From: Coniocarpon cinnabarinum
Taxonomy: Eukaryota
Assembly (NCBI GenBank): GCA_051942205.1
Contig: JAVECO010000084.1
Span: forward strand, 1-64,000
Direction: 5' to 3'
Length of the DNA stretch: 64,000 bases
The position numbers and the translations under genes are program-made. The notes under the pieces were generated by a model. It worked only from the letters and a program-made list of their open reading frames with translations, made no database searches and was not told the DNA's origin. This document shows, one piece after another, positions 1-12,282 of the stretch (within the stretch, counting starts at the first letter, position 1; every line of letters starts with the position of its first letter).

Positions 1-1018
1 CACCCTTCCCTCCCTTCCCATCCTTCCCACCATTCTCTTCCTTCTCACCCCCCTCGACCTTCCCACCCTCCTTCTTCGCACCCTTCCCTGTCTTTGGCGT
101 GGGCGTGGGCGTTGGCGTTCCATCCCCGACCCCATTCGCCTGATCCCCATCCATCTTCACCTTCTTAGCCGCCTTCCCACTCCCCGGCTTCCGTCCGCGC
201 TTCCCCTTCTTCTTCTCTCCACTCTTCTCCCCACCTTTATCATCCTTCTCCTTTTCCTTTTCCTTTTCGTCCTCCGAAGACTCCGGCTCCCCATACTCCC
301 CAGTCGCCATCTTGCGCTTTTTGACTTGCTCGTGCGAGAAGTGCTTCATGCTTTGGATTTTGAGCATGTTGAAGACGATGAAGGTGATGGTGTCGGCGTC
401 GCGGGGGAAGATGAGGGCGTCTGATGGGATTAGTACTTGGGCAGGAAGATGGAGAAGTAGATGGGATTTGGAATGGAAAGGGGAAGAAGGGGGGCGTACC
501 GTCTTCGTCGAGCATCTTGAAGCCTTGTTCGTGTTTCAGTTTCTTGGGGGTCGCCGGCGGTGAGGTGGCGTCGCCATTCGCGATCCCATTCGCAGTCGAG
601 CCCTCGCGCTCGCCTTGTGATTCCACGCTCTTCGCAACGCCATTGCTATTGTCTTTGTCTTCTTCCTTGAGCATGCGCACGTTCTCACGACGCTCATCCC
701 AGATTTGCTCCCCGAACTACAAGTCGCGGATCAGCCATCCGCCCCTCACAACACGGTGAAGCCTTTCGTCCACGGTGCCAGAATCTTGAAATCATAAGAG
801 GCTGGACTTACCTCAGCGACGAACTGAGCGCTAATTCCACGCCACTGCATCTTCTCCCACTTCCGTGGAGTATCCTCGCACGCTTCGGCGTTCGCATCAA
901 TGAAATGGTTGATCAGCGCGATAAAGGCCTTGAAGCGGGTGGGCGCCAGCGTGGCTACTTCTTGGATCCGCTTGTGCGGGTGGAGCTCGGTGTTGCGGTC
1001 TGGATCTGGTGGAGCCAT
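1..1018 (-). CDS. Hypothetical protein with Lys/Gly/Glu-rich C-terminus and an AT-hook-like KRGRKP motif; 3' end runs off the window
   Basis: ATG 1018; introns 811-717 (GTAAGT..GCTGAT..TAG) and 499-421 (GTACGC..ACTAAT..CAG) join three exons in frame: MAPPDPD..FVAE|FGEQIWDERR..DED|DALIFPRDADTITFIVFNMLK..KKGKRGRKPG; frame stays open to position 1. Confidence 0.75.
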
Positions 1019-1389
1019 TTTCGTGGGTTGTCAGGCAGTAGAATGCTGAAGGATGGCAACTCCAAGGTCCACGAGGTCAGAAGCGTGACACCTCTCATTC
1101 AACGTAGCAGAGTGGACTCATGGAAATGCGAAGAAATGGGTTAAAGTAGGCAATGGGCCAGTGAAATTGTCTTTTTATTAGCAGAAGTAGGAGTGGGGAG
1201 CAGTCCACATGAAAATGTCACTCCTGTTCACGCATTCACCTTTTGCTGCACAGACGGATCCGCAGCTCCCAGAGGCAGAAGCGGATGGAGTGGGGTAGGT
1301 GCTTCGAGAATGTGAATGAAACGCTTCCCGAAATGAGGGTGTCTCTCACATGGGACGCTTTATTGCTCTCTTGTCTATTGCCTGGTGGT

Positions 1390-3399
1390 CTAACCATCAA
1401 AAACGCCGTGCTGCAGCTCCACACCCATGCCCTTAGCCATCTTGCGCATCTGTTCCTCTATATCGTCTTCCATGCCTTTACCTAATCCAAGCCATTGCCT
1501 TACCTTACTATAATAGAAAATAATATCGCTACTAAACAGCACCCACTTAAAGAGAAGATGCCTACCAAAGTTGACGAAACGCTCGCTGAATTTCAAATCC
1601 GGACTTTCGGCGAGCGCTCTGCTCGCCCAGTTGCCAGTAATCTTAATACGGTTGACGGGTGATCCCAAGAACTGGTTGTTACCCTGCACGATGCGCAAAT
1701 TGCGACCGATGAAGATCAGCTCTTGGGGCCACTTCTTCTCGTCGGCTAGGATTTCGCGAATGCCTTGTCGCATGCGCTGCTGCATCTCGAAGCGTTGAGT
1801 CGCCTCGTCTTTGCCTTCGAGTTTCTTAATCGACTTTGAGGTGGAATTGTCACCGCCTTCATACGGGCGCAGCAGAGTTGCACTCGCAAATAGATCGCTT
1901 GCTGTGTCGCTTTCGATGCCCCAGCCTTTCACAATCTCGTGGATGGCGTTGTTGTCGAAGGTCATGAGCGACTTCCAGAACCTCGCATAGTCATGTCGAA
2001 ACTTGGGATCCATCTTGATGTAAAGTCCGTGATCGATTAGCACCAGCTCTGGCTTGCCGTTTGGCTGCCGTCGGACGAAGATGTTTCCAGGATGTGGATC
2101 GCAATGCACGAGACCCCAGAGGAACATCTGAGCCGAGAAGAGATCGACCATCGTGGTCATGACCTGCTTCATGGACAGGCCAAGGCCACCTTTTCCACTG
2201 CGACCCCTCCACTCGTTTCGTTCCGGCTTCAGCTTCTCATTGTTTGGATCGTTAGATGTAACCGAGACGGCGGCGTTGGACGAGAGCGCCTGTAGTGTGG
2301 TTCCGCCAGATCCAGGGGAACCTCTTCGCCAGCCACCTCTCCAATCGCCTTCGACACTGGCTTTGTCCCACAGCCGAACACCCTCGATCCACTCAGCTGT
2401 CATTACACGCTTACTGCTAAGCTCGTGAAAGACCTTCGGAATATAAACGCGATCACGCAAGCGTGGCTCGCTCTTCACCAAGTCGCGCATCTTTTCACTG
2501 TTGGTGGCCTCGTTCTCAAAGTCCGTCTCCAGCATGAGCCGCTCGGATATGTAGGGTACCAAGCTATATAGCGGTAGGTCGAACAGCCAAGCGTAGGCGC
2601 GTGCCACCACCTTGAAAGCCCAAAGATCCCAGCCGACCTGAGACGCAATCTCCCTCTTCTGGATTTTGACAGCGACTTCTCTCCCGTCCGGTAGGCGCGC
2701 CCAGTGTACCTGTGCGACGGATGCAGAAGCTCGCGCAGTGCGTTCCATGAGTCCCTTTGAAAGGTCGTCGCCACTAAAGCTGACGCCGAAAACCTCTTCG
2801 GGTGACCGGCCATTGAAGTCTTCTCTTATCACCTGCTCCACATCTTTCCACTCATTCTGAGGTGCATCATCAAACATCCGACTGAACATTTTTTGAAACT
2901 CCGGCGGTAAAACAGCGCTCTGCATGGCCAGGGCTTGCCCGATCTTCAGGTATAGTCCACCGTTGGTTCGGAGTAGCTCGAAGAGTCGTTCCGCGTTACG
3001 GCGATGCACATCCTCGACGCTCCGTGCAAGCGGCGGATGGGCACGAAAGTTGATCTTGTAATCAGCCGAAACTAGAACACCGTAGGCAAACGTTCGCAAG
3101 CTCCGTGTCAGTGCTGAAGCATAGAGTCGAGTATCGAAGAGATATAGGACACCAATGGCCGCAGAGGTGTAAAGCAGGCGTCGTAGCCATCTTCGCGCGC
3201 GAGGGTAGTGCTTCGCAGGCTGAGGCTTGCCCAGAGACTGCGGAGAGGGAGGGACGAAGGGCCTGAGACGAGGAGGAGTCAAGCTCAGGAATCGACGGCC
3301 GCGCAGGCCCAACGGAAAGCGATTCAAAGAAAAGTCATGTAATCGAGAGGCTCGGGCGAGACAACCCCTGCAGAGCAGGCTTGAAGCTGGCTGCAGCAT
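1390..3399 (-). CDS. ABC1/COQ8/AarF-family atypical protein kinase, probably mitochondrial
   Basis: 669-aa intronless ORF with GGLYLKIGQ, ASASVAQVH, VAVKIQ, HCDPHPGN and LIDHGLY motifs; Arg/Leu/Ser-rich N-terminus resembling a mitochondrial presequence. Confidence 0.93.
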   Translation of the reverse strand: MLQPASSLLCRGCLARASRLHDFSLNRFPLGLRGRRFLSLTPPRLRPFVPPSPQSLGKPQPAKHYPRARRWLRRLLYTSAAIGVLYLFDTRLYASALTRSLRTFAYGVLVSADYKINFRAHPPLARSVEDVHRRNAERLFELLRTNGGLYLKIGQALAMQSAVLPPEFQKMFSRMFDDAPQNEWKDVEQVIREDFNGRSPEEVFGVSFSGDDLSKGLMERTARASASVAQVHWARLPDGREVAVKIQKREIASQVGWDLWAFKVVARAYAWLFDLPLYSLVPYISERLMLETDFENEATNSEKMRDLVKSEPRLRDRVYIPKVFHELSSKRVMTAEWIEGVRLWDKASVEGDWRGGWRRGSPGSGGTTLQALSSNAAVSVTSNDPNNEKLKPERNEWRGRSGKGGLGLSMKQVMTTMVDLFSAQMFLWGLVHCDPHPGNIFVRRQPNGKPELVLIDHGLYIKMDPKFRHDYARFWKSLMTFDNNAIHEIVKGWGIESDTASDLFASATLLRPYEGGDNSTSKSIKKLEGKDEATQRFEMQQRMRQGIREILADEKKWPQELIFIGRNLRIVQGNNQFLGSPVNRIKITGNWASRALAESPDLKFSERFVNFGRHLLFKWVLFSSDIIFYYSKVRQWLGLGKGMEDDIEEQMRKMAKGMGVELQHGVFDG

Positions 3400-5812
3400 G
3401 CTTTCATTGAGATACGGACAGACACGTACAGCGTCTTAAGCTTGAGGTTATCGAAACATTGTTACGACCATTCGCATGCACTTCGACCTCGCGTGAGGAA
3501 AGATGAGGACGATTCATACTGATGACGCTATTGAGCTAGCCTCAGATCCGGCGCTAGCCGCTTCCGTTTCGTGCACCCTCAGCGCCAATGTTGGGATGCG
3601 ACTGAATACACAATAAAGCAACAAGGGAAGCTGAAAAGCTCAGCAAGAGCGCAAGATACCAGGAACACGTGAGCATCAAAACGACTCGCACAAGAGTTGT
3701 ACGGCAGGCTCGAGGGTAAGGATGCATCGTTCACCAGGTCTACGCTCTCTACCAGTCTACTCTCATGTTGAAAATCCACGGTGCCAGGACCAAGAACGCC
3801 ACAAAGACACCTCGATGAGCGAGCAGCCATCATTGGCGGATAGGAGGGGGAAAGCAAAAAGGCAGGCGGAGGAGAAATGGTGATTGGCTCGACACGAGGG
3901 CGTTCAAAGGACCAATGAGGGGCACTTGGGCCATGTGATGAGAGGAATGTCAAAGACATCTCAGTGAAGAATCTTTCTCCCCCTCCCACTACAGCCTCAT
4001 CCATCTCTCCTCGTCTTCACCATCTGGTCTACTTCGTGCGCATGCGTCGCAGCGGGCATTGCGGCCCTTGAGAGGCTCAGTGCCCTACGGCTGCCCGATC
4101 CATGCAAGATGTCATCATTCCCAGTGCCTCATTCTCCAACCACAATGGACCTGGCCGTCACTGGGCACAGGCCGCGCAGAGTCTCGCGGGGACGGTCCTG
4201 TCGACACCTCAGTCGGGAATGCGACGAATGGCTTAAGCCTCAGCGTGCGCAATTACCTGGTTCGCCGTCAGACGAGGGCCCACACGGCCTTCTAGACCTT
4301 TCTCGTCTCGAGTGGCAGCAGTTGTGCCAGAGGCCGCAGCGCTGTGTCTGACGCAAGAAGACGCTCGACCGTTGTGGGATGATCGTTTGACAGACAATTG
4401 CGCTGCCGCGCCCTCAAATGCAAGGCACTTCCATTGGAGCTCTGCTGCCAATACTTTTGGCCCTCGTTTCAGACTCGATGACGGCCCTGGTCCCAACTTA
4501 TTGAATTGCTTGTTGCGGCTCGCAGCCAGCAATTTGGCGTAGCCGGGGCTAGCATACAAATCATTGCAGTCGCAATTGCCGGACCTCGGGCCCTCGACTG
4601 GCACGGCTTGTCGCAAACTGTCGCGAATCAGACGACAGGCGCATCTGAGCGCAGACTGCCCGTCATTTCCATCAGTTGTCGCAATCAGCACCGCGGCCAA
4701 TCGAGTCGCAAGCGCCGTACCTGGCTGCACCGAGGTGGGCAGATTGCCGCGACTTGCGCGTGCGGTTGCATACCGCCCAAGAGCAGTGTCGCAGCTTGAC
4801 TTGGGCGGGTTTCAGCAGGTGAGTTTCGCAATTGCCAGCAAAAGAAACAGAAATGTGCGCGGAATAGTAGAGTTGGTGTTGCTGCAGCTGATGGGTTGGT
4901 GTGCGAGTGAGTGCGTGAGTGCCAGCAATCCTGCCGGACACGCTAGCTTCCGCTGCGCTTCAGATGTCAGCCATCTTTTTTTACTGACCTTGCGTACCGA
5001 CTGTCGACCTCGCTCCAATTGGCCCTGCCACTCCATTTCGCCCTGCTGCCGTAAAGCCGCGTGTCTGAGGTGACTGAAGAAGCTAATTGCTGGTTTCTCC
5101 TTCTAGGTTCTCGATCTCTGCATCACCGCCGCTCAATGCGCGTCCGACGCGCCCTCCCCTTCTAGGTTCTGTTGTTGCCGGGCAAGCACCGGCTTCCCAC
5201 GCTGTCGCAATCAAGTCTTCCAGCATTCTTTCACGAGACCAACGACCGTAACGATCGTCGACGCGTCGAGTTTAGCACACGCCAGCGGTCGTCAGTGCAA
5301 GACCCCTACAGCCGGGAGAAGCGGTCTTCCTACATCTCAAGTTCATCCGGTAAGCAAGGCTGCTCAATGGACCCCAACGTCAGTGCTATGAGACAGCTCA
5401 ACGACAATCACCTTTGCCGCTGTCGTGTCCGTGACCTACAATTGCGTGTTGACAAGCACTCAAAGTATAACATCTGCTAACGCAACACCCAGGCAGTGTC
5501 CCTCACAGTCTTCGTCGCACTGCTCGCTTCGATTCGCAGCAACTTCCACGCGCCCGTTCAGCATCTGTAGGCGCACCTCCCCAACCACAGCAGCAATTCA
5601 CTGGCCCTACCACCCGTAACACCCAGCGCCCGCCTGTCAATCGACAGCCGTCTCACGCTCGCTCCGCGTCTGCATCTCGATCAGACAGGCGGGACGTTCA
5701 CCCAGCTCTTCGTATCTCGAACAGGACTGCATCTGCCATCTTATATACACTCGAAGTTGGTCTGAGAAGCCCACACCAATTTACCCCGTATTTTGAGGAG
5801 GAGAACGCGTCG

Positions 5813-8119
5813 ATGTCCGACCTGGCTGGGGTGCCTGGTACCTCACGTGGTTCCAATGGCGCCGCCGGCCGGGCAACTGCGGCGGGGGCTGGTCAGACCG
5901 CATCACCATTGCGGACGCCCCGAGATATTATGAGAGATAGAGAAGCCAAACAAAGAGCGCGCTTGCAACGCGAACAAGAAGAGGCCGCAGCAGCAGCAGA
6001 ATCAGACCGACAAAGACGCGTGCAAGATGAGGACATGCGTCGCACCGCTGAGAGGAGATCTGCCGGGGTGAGTGCGCAACTAAGAGATAGTGGCTATCGC
6101 AGTGCAGAAGCAGGAAATGTCAGCGCTGGTGGCGCGGCTTCTGGTCAACCGGTTTACAATCCTGCCTTCCAGAATCAACCTACAAGTGCGGGCGCACCTC
6201 CCTCGTCCAGCAGGTATGCCAATCCCGACTCGGCTACTACGCCTCGTGGCTATGGGCGATCCGAAAACGTGCCAACGAGTCAACTCAACTACCCTACCTC
6301 AGCTGGCACCAGAGATCGTGCTGCCATCAGCCGACCTCAAGACAACCCCAAATTAATCCCCACATCACAACCTACAGCCATGCCTACATCACGCCCACAA
6401 GCTTCAGCACAGTTGACTCAACCTACGACGGCCACGCGTCCAACGCCCGCTACAGGTCCCACTCCTGTATCGCAACAGCCACCATCCACGACGCAGCCGG
6501 TCATTGCAGGTCCTGCTGGAGAGTCCACCGGACGCAACGCTCGCGATTCCAACGTGTCATCGTTCCCTCATGCATTCGAGCGATGGGAGAATTTGTCTTC
6601 TCGCTGGGAAGGCCTCACGTCGTACTGGATACGCAAATTAGAGTCAAATCCTCAACGAGCGGACATCAACCAAGAGATGGCACGTCAGATCACAGATCTT
6701 GCTGCGGCGGGTGCCAACTTATTTCACGCGGTCGTCGAGCTTCAACGGCTACGCGCAAGCAGTGAACGCAAGTTCCAACGCTGGTTTTTCGAAACACGTG
6801 CACAACAAGAAGAGTCACAGGAAAATCAAGCAAGACTGCAGCGATCTCTTGACCAAGAGCGCAAGCGTCGGGTGCAGGCGGAGCAGCAGCTGCAAGAGTC
6901 TGTGGAAGGGGTGCAAATGAACAGAAACGTCGAGCGACTTCTAGGAGAGTACAAGCGAGAGCTGCAGATCGCCAAAGACGAAGCTCGACGTGCGTGGGAA
7001 GACCTGGGCAAGCAGGAGCAGCTGGAGAGAGAACGCACACATGATTTGCGTGAAGGTCACGCGATCGATATTGGCGGGATACAAGTCGTCCCACACAATG
7101 CGCCTTCCCGCGGTGGAAGCTTGCAGCAGCGTGGTGCTACACAAGGTCCGACTGCAACAGCATACCAGCAAGCGACCACACCAATCACGGCAATTCCCCG
7201 AGGTGACGATCGATACCAGTACGGAACTGGTCCACAGGGTACTTCTCCGACAAACACAGACCCGTTCTCAAGCGGGGAGCAACAAGCCATCATTTCGCCA
7301 CCGTCGTCTCGTGGTCAACCCAATGTTCCAGCTCGTGCGACTTCTCGCTCTCAAGAGTCACAACTTATCCCGCCCTTGGCTCCACAACCGCCAGTGACAT
7401 CAGTTGCAGCTACGCCTCATGCTCGAGGGTCTTCGCAAGTCGCACCTGCACTTGCGGCTGGCGCCTCTCCTAGCGAACGCTTCTACTCACGAGAAGCACC
7501 AGTACATCAACAGCCGACACAGCAGTCATACCCCCCCACCTCTCAACCATACCTCACAACCGCGACTCCCGGTCGCGTCTCTGGATCGGAAACAGAAGAG
7601 GAGCCTGAGTGGGAGCTGGACGCTTCCGGTCACGTTGTGACGGACGAGGCCGGCCGACCTGTCGTAGCTCGAGGTCCCTCCACGCGATCACGTCGACGCA
7701 CTAGAAGACCAAGCAATGATAGTGACGATGAACGCGAGCGTGCGCGAGTCAGTGTAATGCGAGGCAACGGGCAATACAGCAACGTTCCCACCGGGCAAGT
7801 CGGCTATGGCACGGCGCCGCACTCACAGTCCCAAGAAGCTGAGATTGTTCGCGAACCCCTCGGCGGACCGACAAGTGGAGACACCTACGACGATGAGCCC
7901 GAAGTCTACCGTGCGGCGCCTATTGCAGGAAGCGCCGCCGCCGCCGCCGCTGCAGACTACGAAGGCAGAGGGTTTGCCGAAGACGATGATGAGTGGGCAG
8001 AAATGCAACAGTCTCGGCATCACCATCCAACTCGACTCAGTGATGTGCCAGAGGAGGACGAGCGGAGTCGAGAGAGCCGCATCAGTCGACCTAGCGGAGG
8101 GTCAGGCGGGATGTTCTGA
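5813..8119 (+). CDS. Conserved-looking fungal protein of unknown function, low-complexity with a central coiled coil; N-terminus probably extends upstream
   Basis: 768-aa ORF with core SSFPHAFERWENLSSRWEGLTSYWIRKLE..LFHAVVELQRLRASSERKFQRWF and C-terminal HHHPTRLSDVPEEDERS; frame is open without ATG back to a 3' splice site at 5492. Confidence 0.85.
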   Translation: MSDLAGVPGTSRGSNGAAGRATAAGAGQTASPLRTPRDIMRDREAKQRARLQREQEEAAAAAESDRQRRVQDEDMRRTAERRSAGVSAQLRDSGYRSAEAGNVSAGGAASGQPVYNPAFQNQPTSAGAPPSSSRYANPDSATTPRGYGRSENVPTSQLNYPTSAGTRDRAAISRPQDNPKLIPTSQPTAMPTSRPQASAQLTQPTTATRPTPATGPTPVSQQPPSTTQPVIAGPAGESTGRNARDSNVSSFPHAFERWENLSSRWEGLTSYWIRKLESNPQRADINQEMARQITDLAAAGANLFHAVVELQRLRASSERKFQRWFFETRAQQEESQENQARLQRSLDQERKRRVQAEQQLQESVEGVQMNRNVERLLGEYKRELQIAKDEARRAWEDLGKQEQLERERTHDLREGHAIDIGGIQVVPHNAPSRGGSLQQRGATQGPTATAYQQATTPITAIPRGDDRYQYGTGPQGTSPTNTDPFSSGEQQAIISPPSSRGQPNVPARATSRSQESQLIPPLAPQPPVTSVAATPHARGSSQVAPALAAGASPSERFYSREAPVHQQPTQQSYPPTSQPYLTTATPGRVSGSETEEEPEWELDASGHVVTDEAGRPVVARGPSTRSRRRTRRPSNDSDDERERARVSVMRGNGQYSNVPTGQVGYGTAPHSQSQEAEIVREPLGGPTSGDTYDDEPEVYRAAPIAGSAAAAAAADYEGRGFAEDDDEWAEMQQSRHHHPTRLSDVPEEDERSRESRISRPSGGSGGMF

Positions 8120-8808
8120 CGCGCGCAAAGTCAATTTGAGTGAGGATGCTAAAGGCCGCCAAGAAAGATGACAGTAGCAGAGCAAAGAGCACGCCGAGGC
8201 TTGCTTGAGTGCCTGCTGTAGAGAGTTCGTGTTGATACAGGCCTCCTATGTTGTCGGGTTGACGCCACAGTTCTGTGAATGTGGAGAAATACCATTGTCT
8301 GGATTACATGCATAGCGAGGCGCTGCATAGTTATTGTATCATGGGGGAAAGAGCATTGACAATAATACCCTGTTGGATAGTACTCAGTCAAACAAAAGCT
8401 TATTCACGCTTTATCCTTCGTCAGTATAGCAAGTCCCATTCATTGCAGACGAACAGGTACCTACCTATTGTGTCTACCTCACGCATGAGGCAATGGAAGG
8501 GGTCGATGACCTTTGCATGACCATTCCAGGTAGGGCGAGCAGTCGCGTTGCGTTTGAAGCAAGGTTGAGTAACTCAGTTGTCGCATTCGAGGAAGGCAAC
8601 AGAATGGTAAGATAGCTGCCTGCTAGGCGTGCCAGGTAAGGGTTATTATTTGATTCAACTACTGTGGTGTAACGTGACGTAGCACACCGCCTTTTTCCGA
8701 TGTCTTCTTTTTCTTTCTTCTTTGTTCGTTGCTTCGATACTCGGCTTCTCTTCATTTCTCGCGTCAAGGCGACCAGCGAGGATCCACGGGCTAAGCCGGA
8801 CGCGCAAC

Positions 8809-10795
8809 ATGTCTCGGACAGCAGTGTTTGAGCATCTCCATGGAAATAGACCATATAGGCCGGGCGGAGAGCCAGAATGGAAAGAGAATTGCCCAAAGCA
8901 TCTCTGTCCCATCTGCTCGCCACAAGATTTCAGAAGAAAATGTGGCATCGAAGACGCACATCCGGAATTTCGTTTTCCCTTTGAAAGACTGCCCTTCGAG
9001 TTGCAGTGCATAATCCTACGAAACCTGCTCGAGTCTAGCGGTATTGGCGATTTTGTCAGACTGAGACGTGTCAACCGTGAGTGTTACTCCTCGTTATTTG
9101 AATTTCGCTTGGGGTAAAACCGTCTGCACGACTCAACACATGCTGTGCTGACCAACGCAGGTTTATTCCTGCAGTTGATTCCTGAAATTGTATATGCCAC
9201 TCCCCCCGATGCATCCTGTCTGGGTTATGAACACGTCTTTTGGACCACCATTTGCAAAGAGTGCGAAAAGCCTCAACCGCGTGCGAAAGATGAACGAGTC
9301 GAGGGAAAGCGCTGTCCTGAACGTCGACGCCTACTCTTTGACCTGACCACTCGACAATTCTTCTCCGAATATCTGGCTCAGAGAGCTTTACGCTCGCCTC
9401 TTCAGCATAAACTTCTTACTTTCCTAAATGAGATTACAAGCATCATCATAGAGACCGAGCAGACAAGCACTGCAGCTCGTGAAGATTACATCAGAAAGAT
9501 CTGTCTCACGATGACACAGCAACTGGGATTCAGTGGTGTCTTGGTTCTGTTGGGTCAAGACCATCAAAGAGTCAAGCCGGGAAGATCTGTCACCCGCCGT
9601 GAACTTGGCAGGATCGTCACCCAACTTATTGCAAGGCTGGAAAGACCGGATAAATACGATAGACTTGCCGCAGCTGCTGCTTGTAACGCTACATCGGCGA
9701 CTTTAAACTCTCTTGTGTTCATTCGGTCGCCCGAGGCACCGATTTACAACACGGGAGTTCTTGCGAGTGCTGCAGCCAGCGCGGCTATCAACAACTCTAC
9801 TGAGGCTCTTCGATTGATTCTCGAATACTCAGAGAAGGAATATCAAAACATTCTTCATATAAATTCGACACCAGAAACGGGGTTTCCAATCACTGAAGAG
9901 AAACGGGCTGAAGAGAAGTGGGCCCAAGAGCTCTGTCAAGCTGTCGGTCTGGCGTGCATCATGGGACATATGGAAATTCTGCAGACAATAAGGATTCTTG
10001 CAAACCGCGTAAGTGAATGGCTTCTTGATCAACTGATAGTTCTCAACCGAAATTCAATTGGGGGCAAGTACAATGTGTTGAACATCGTTGCACGCCAGGA
10101 AAGCATTGAAGTATTTGAAATGTATATGGAGCTCCTTCAGCCGGAGGTCTCTCAAGAGACTGTTTGCGCCGAATTGCTGCGGGCAGGCAGCAGAATAGAT
10201 TTCCTTGAGCTTTGCATACGACGCGGATTAGTCCCCAATCTACCTTCAAGAGCATACAAGTCTGGGCTGGCTTTAACGCACGCTATCGAGCAGGGATCTA
10301 TGCCTGCCGCTGAGCTATTGTGGAAGCAATCATCCGGCATCCCACTGCTTCTCGAGGACTGTGTCAACTACAAACATCCTGCAAAGGCTGCTGCAGGATG
10401 CGGCAATGTGTACTGGATCCGCAAGATGTTTCAGGAAGGGTCGAACTTGAAAATTGATGAGCCCCGGCTCAATCTCATCGAGGAAGCCGCAGCCGCCGGG
10501 CATGTGGAAATCGTGAGATTTCTAGTGGAGGGCCACATGGAGGGAAAGTGCATAGATTTGATTAATGTCTGCAAACCGCTCGAAATGGTAAGCGCCGTGT
10601 AAAAGAAACAAATTGTGCAGGCCGGGAACTGAAGTCTTACAGACATCAAATCTTTCTCCACGAGTCAACATCACTCAGGAAAACAAGAAGGCTGGTCGTC
10701 GCACTAGGGGCCAAGAAGCTCGGGTCCGAGCTGTATTGAATGATCACTGGGACGTCGCAAGCTTGTTAATAACGTACGGTGTGATCAGGACATAG
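8809..10795 (+). CDS. F-box-like plus ankyrin-repeat-like protein
   Basis: Exons 8809-9076, 9161-10587, 10643-10795 with phase-consistent GT-AG introns; FPFERLPFELQCIIL is F-box-like; AAAAGHVEIVRFLVE, ACIMGHMEILQ and AVLNDHWDVASLLITYG are ankyrin-like. Confidence 0.75.
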
Positions 10796-10989
10796 TGTGC
10801 AAGACCCTTTCGGACGCCGACGAAGCAAGGAGACGAATGCTCGAGGTGCGTGATGATGGTCGGCCAAGACATTCCTCACTCGAAGTCGTATATCAACACA
10901 CTGGAGTCTCTTTTCCCTCCGCTATCCCTCTCAGTCTGTCTAGCGACCGGTATGCTTGTAGTTTGTCTCAGTTTGGTCATTCTTTAAAG

Positions 10990-12282
10990 ATGCATGTCAG
11001 CACAATTCTCTCGCTTGCCTCTCTGCAGCTGAATTTGGTCATAGCTTTTTACCAACGCGCACCATATCAGCCAGATGCCCCAAGACTCCCACTCAGACGC
11101 GGCGATCAGATCCAAGATGTTCTCACCAAGCGCGCTGTCCGACCTATGCATACCTACACACAGGTCACACCGTCTCCCGGAGCCAAGCCAGTGGCTATAA
11201 CAAGCCAGTTTCAGGTCATCACATCATACGTTCCCTTGTACACACTCTGCGGTCTTCCAAATGGCACAGCGTCTTCCGCCGCGCCAACATTCGTTCCGCC
11301 AAACATGCCGGTGTTCAACAGCAGTATGCTAGAATCAATGAGCTCAAGCATGGGTATCCACAAGCGCGCTTTGTCACTGTCAAATTCAACTTCCGCACCT
11401 GCTTTTCCAACGCCCGTGGCGATGTCTCAGCCTGCAGTAGTGGGTCAGCCACCTGCTCCTTCATTAGCTAATACGACCTCGCCGCCTAGCCAGACTGCGC
11501 TCGGCCGGCTATCACCTTTCCAGACGCCTCCGGTTGTCTCTTCAACTGGCTCTTCACCTCCATACCCCATGCTCAACAACACAGTCAGACCTGCCCCGAC
11601 TGGTTTTCGCAACGGGACAAGCCTCAATGCAACGAGCTCTCCGCCTGATTGCACCACCATCTATAGCCCGACTCAAACAGCAATCTGCCACACCACTTTG
11701 AAGGGCCTAGCAGCGCACCACACCGTGACGGACTGCGACCAACTCATCACCTACACCACTCAACACGGTTATACCCTCGCCGTACCATCCGGCGTCACTG
11801 ATCCCGCTACTTTGCCCGCTGATAAACAGCCCTACATCGTAACACAAACGACCTACTCCGAAGCGCCTTGGACCGATTTCACAGCCTCGACCGGCGTGCC
11901 CTCCTCAGCCACTGAGAAAATCTGCTCATCATCTGCACCTGGCGCTGATCAAACGTGCGTCGACATCCGCAAGGGGTTACAGACGAGCATCCAGACAAGT
12001 GTCACGCGGACGACGAGTCATGTTGATCTGACAACAACGCTGCCAGGGCCCAGTCGCGTAATCGTGGAGACCTTCCAGGCCGATATCACAGAGGTGCAGA
12101 CTATCTTTGTGCTGAACACAAGGATCGTGAGTGAAGTGTCTACGGAGGGCGTTGCGACGGTGGCGACGGCTACAGAAATATTGGGGACGAGAACTGTGAG
12201 CGCTTCGCCGACGGATGACGGGGCGAGTACGGTTACGATCCAGAACACGGTTGGGGAGACAATGACGAGTACGTTGTATTAG
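10990..12282 (+). CDS. Secreted Ser/Thr/Pro-rich protein (cell-wall/extracellular type)
   Basis: ATG 10990 gives hydrophobic signal-like MHVSTILSLASLQLNLVIA; KR dibasic sites, several N-x-S/T sequons, Thr-rich C-terminal half with spaced cysteines. Confidence 0.8.
   Translation: MHVSTILSLASLQLNLVIAFYQRAPYQPDAPRLPLRRGDQIQDVLTKRAVRPMHTYTQVTPSPGAKPVAITSQFQVITSYVPLYTLCGLPNGTASSAAPTFVPPNMPVFNSSMLESMSSSMGIHKRALSLSNSTSAPAFPTPVAMSQPAVVGQPPAPSLANTTSPPSQTALGRLSPFQTPPVVSSTGSSPPYPMLNNTVRPAPTGFRNGTSLNATSSPPDCTTIYSPTQTAICHTTLKGLAAHHTVTDCDQLITYTTQHGYTLAVPSGVTDPATLPADKQPYIVTQTTYSEAPWTDFTASTGVPSSATEKICSSSAPGADQTCVDIRKGLQTSIQTSVTRTTSHVDLTTTLPGPSRVIVETFQADITEVQTIFVLNTRIVSEVSTEGVATVATATEILGTRTVSASPTDDGASTVTIQNTVGETMTSTLY

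Noticed and set aside
3579..5073. Many overlapping short ORFs between two divergent genes
   Set aside because: No coding signature; more likely promoter and long intron-containing 5' leader.
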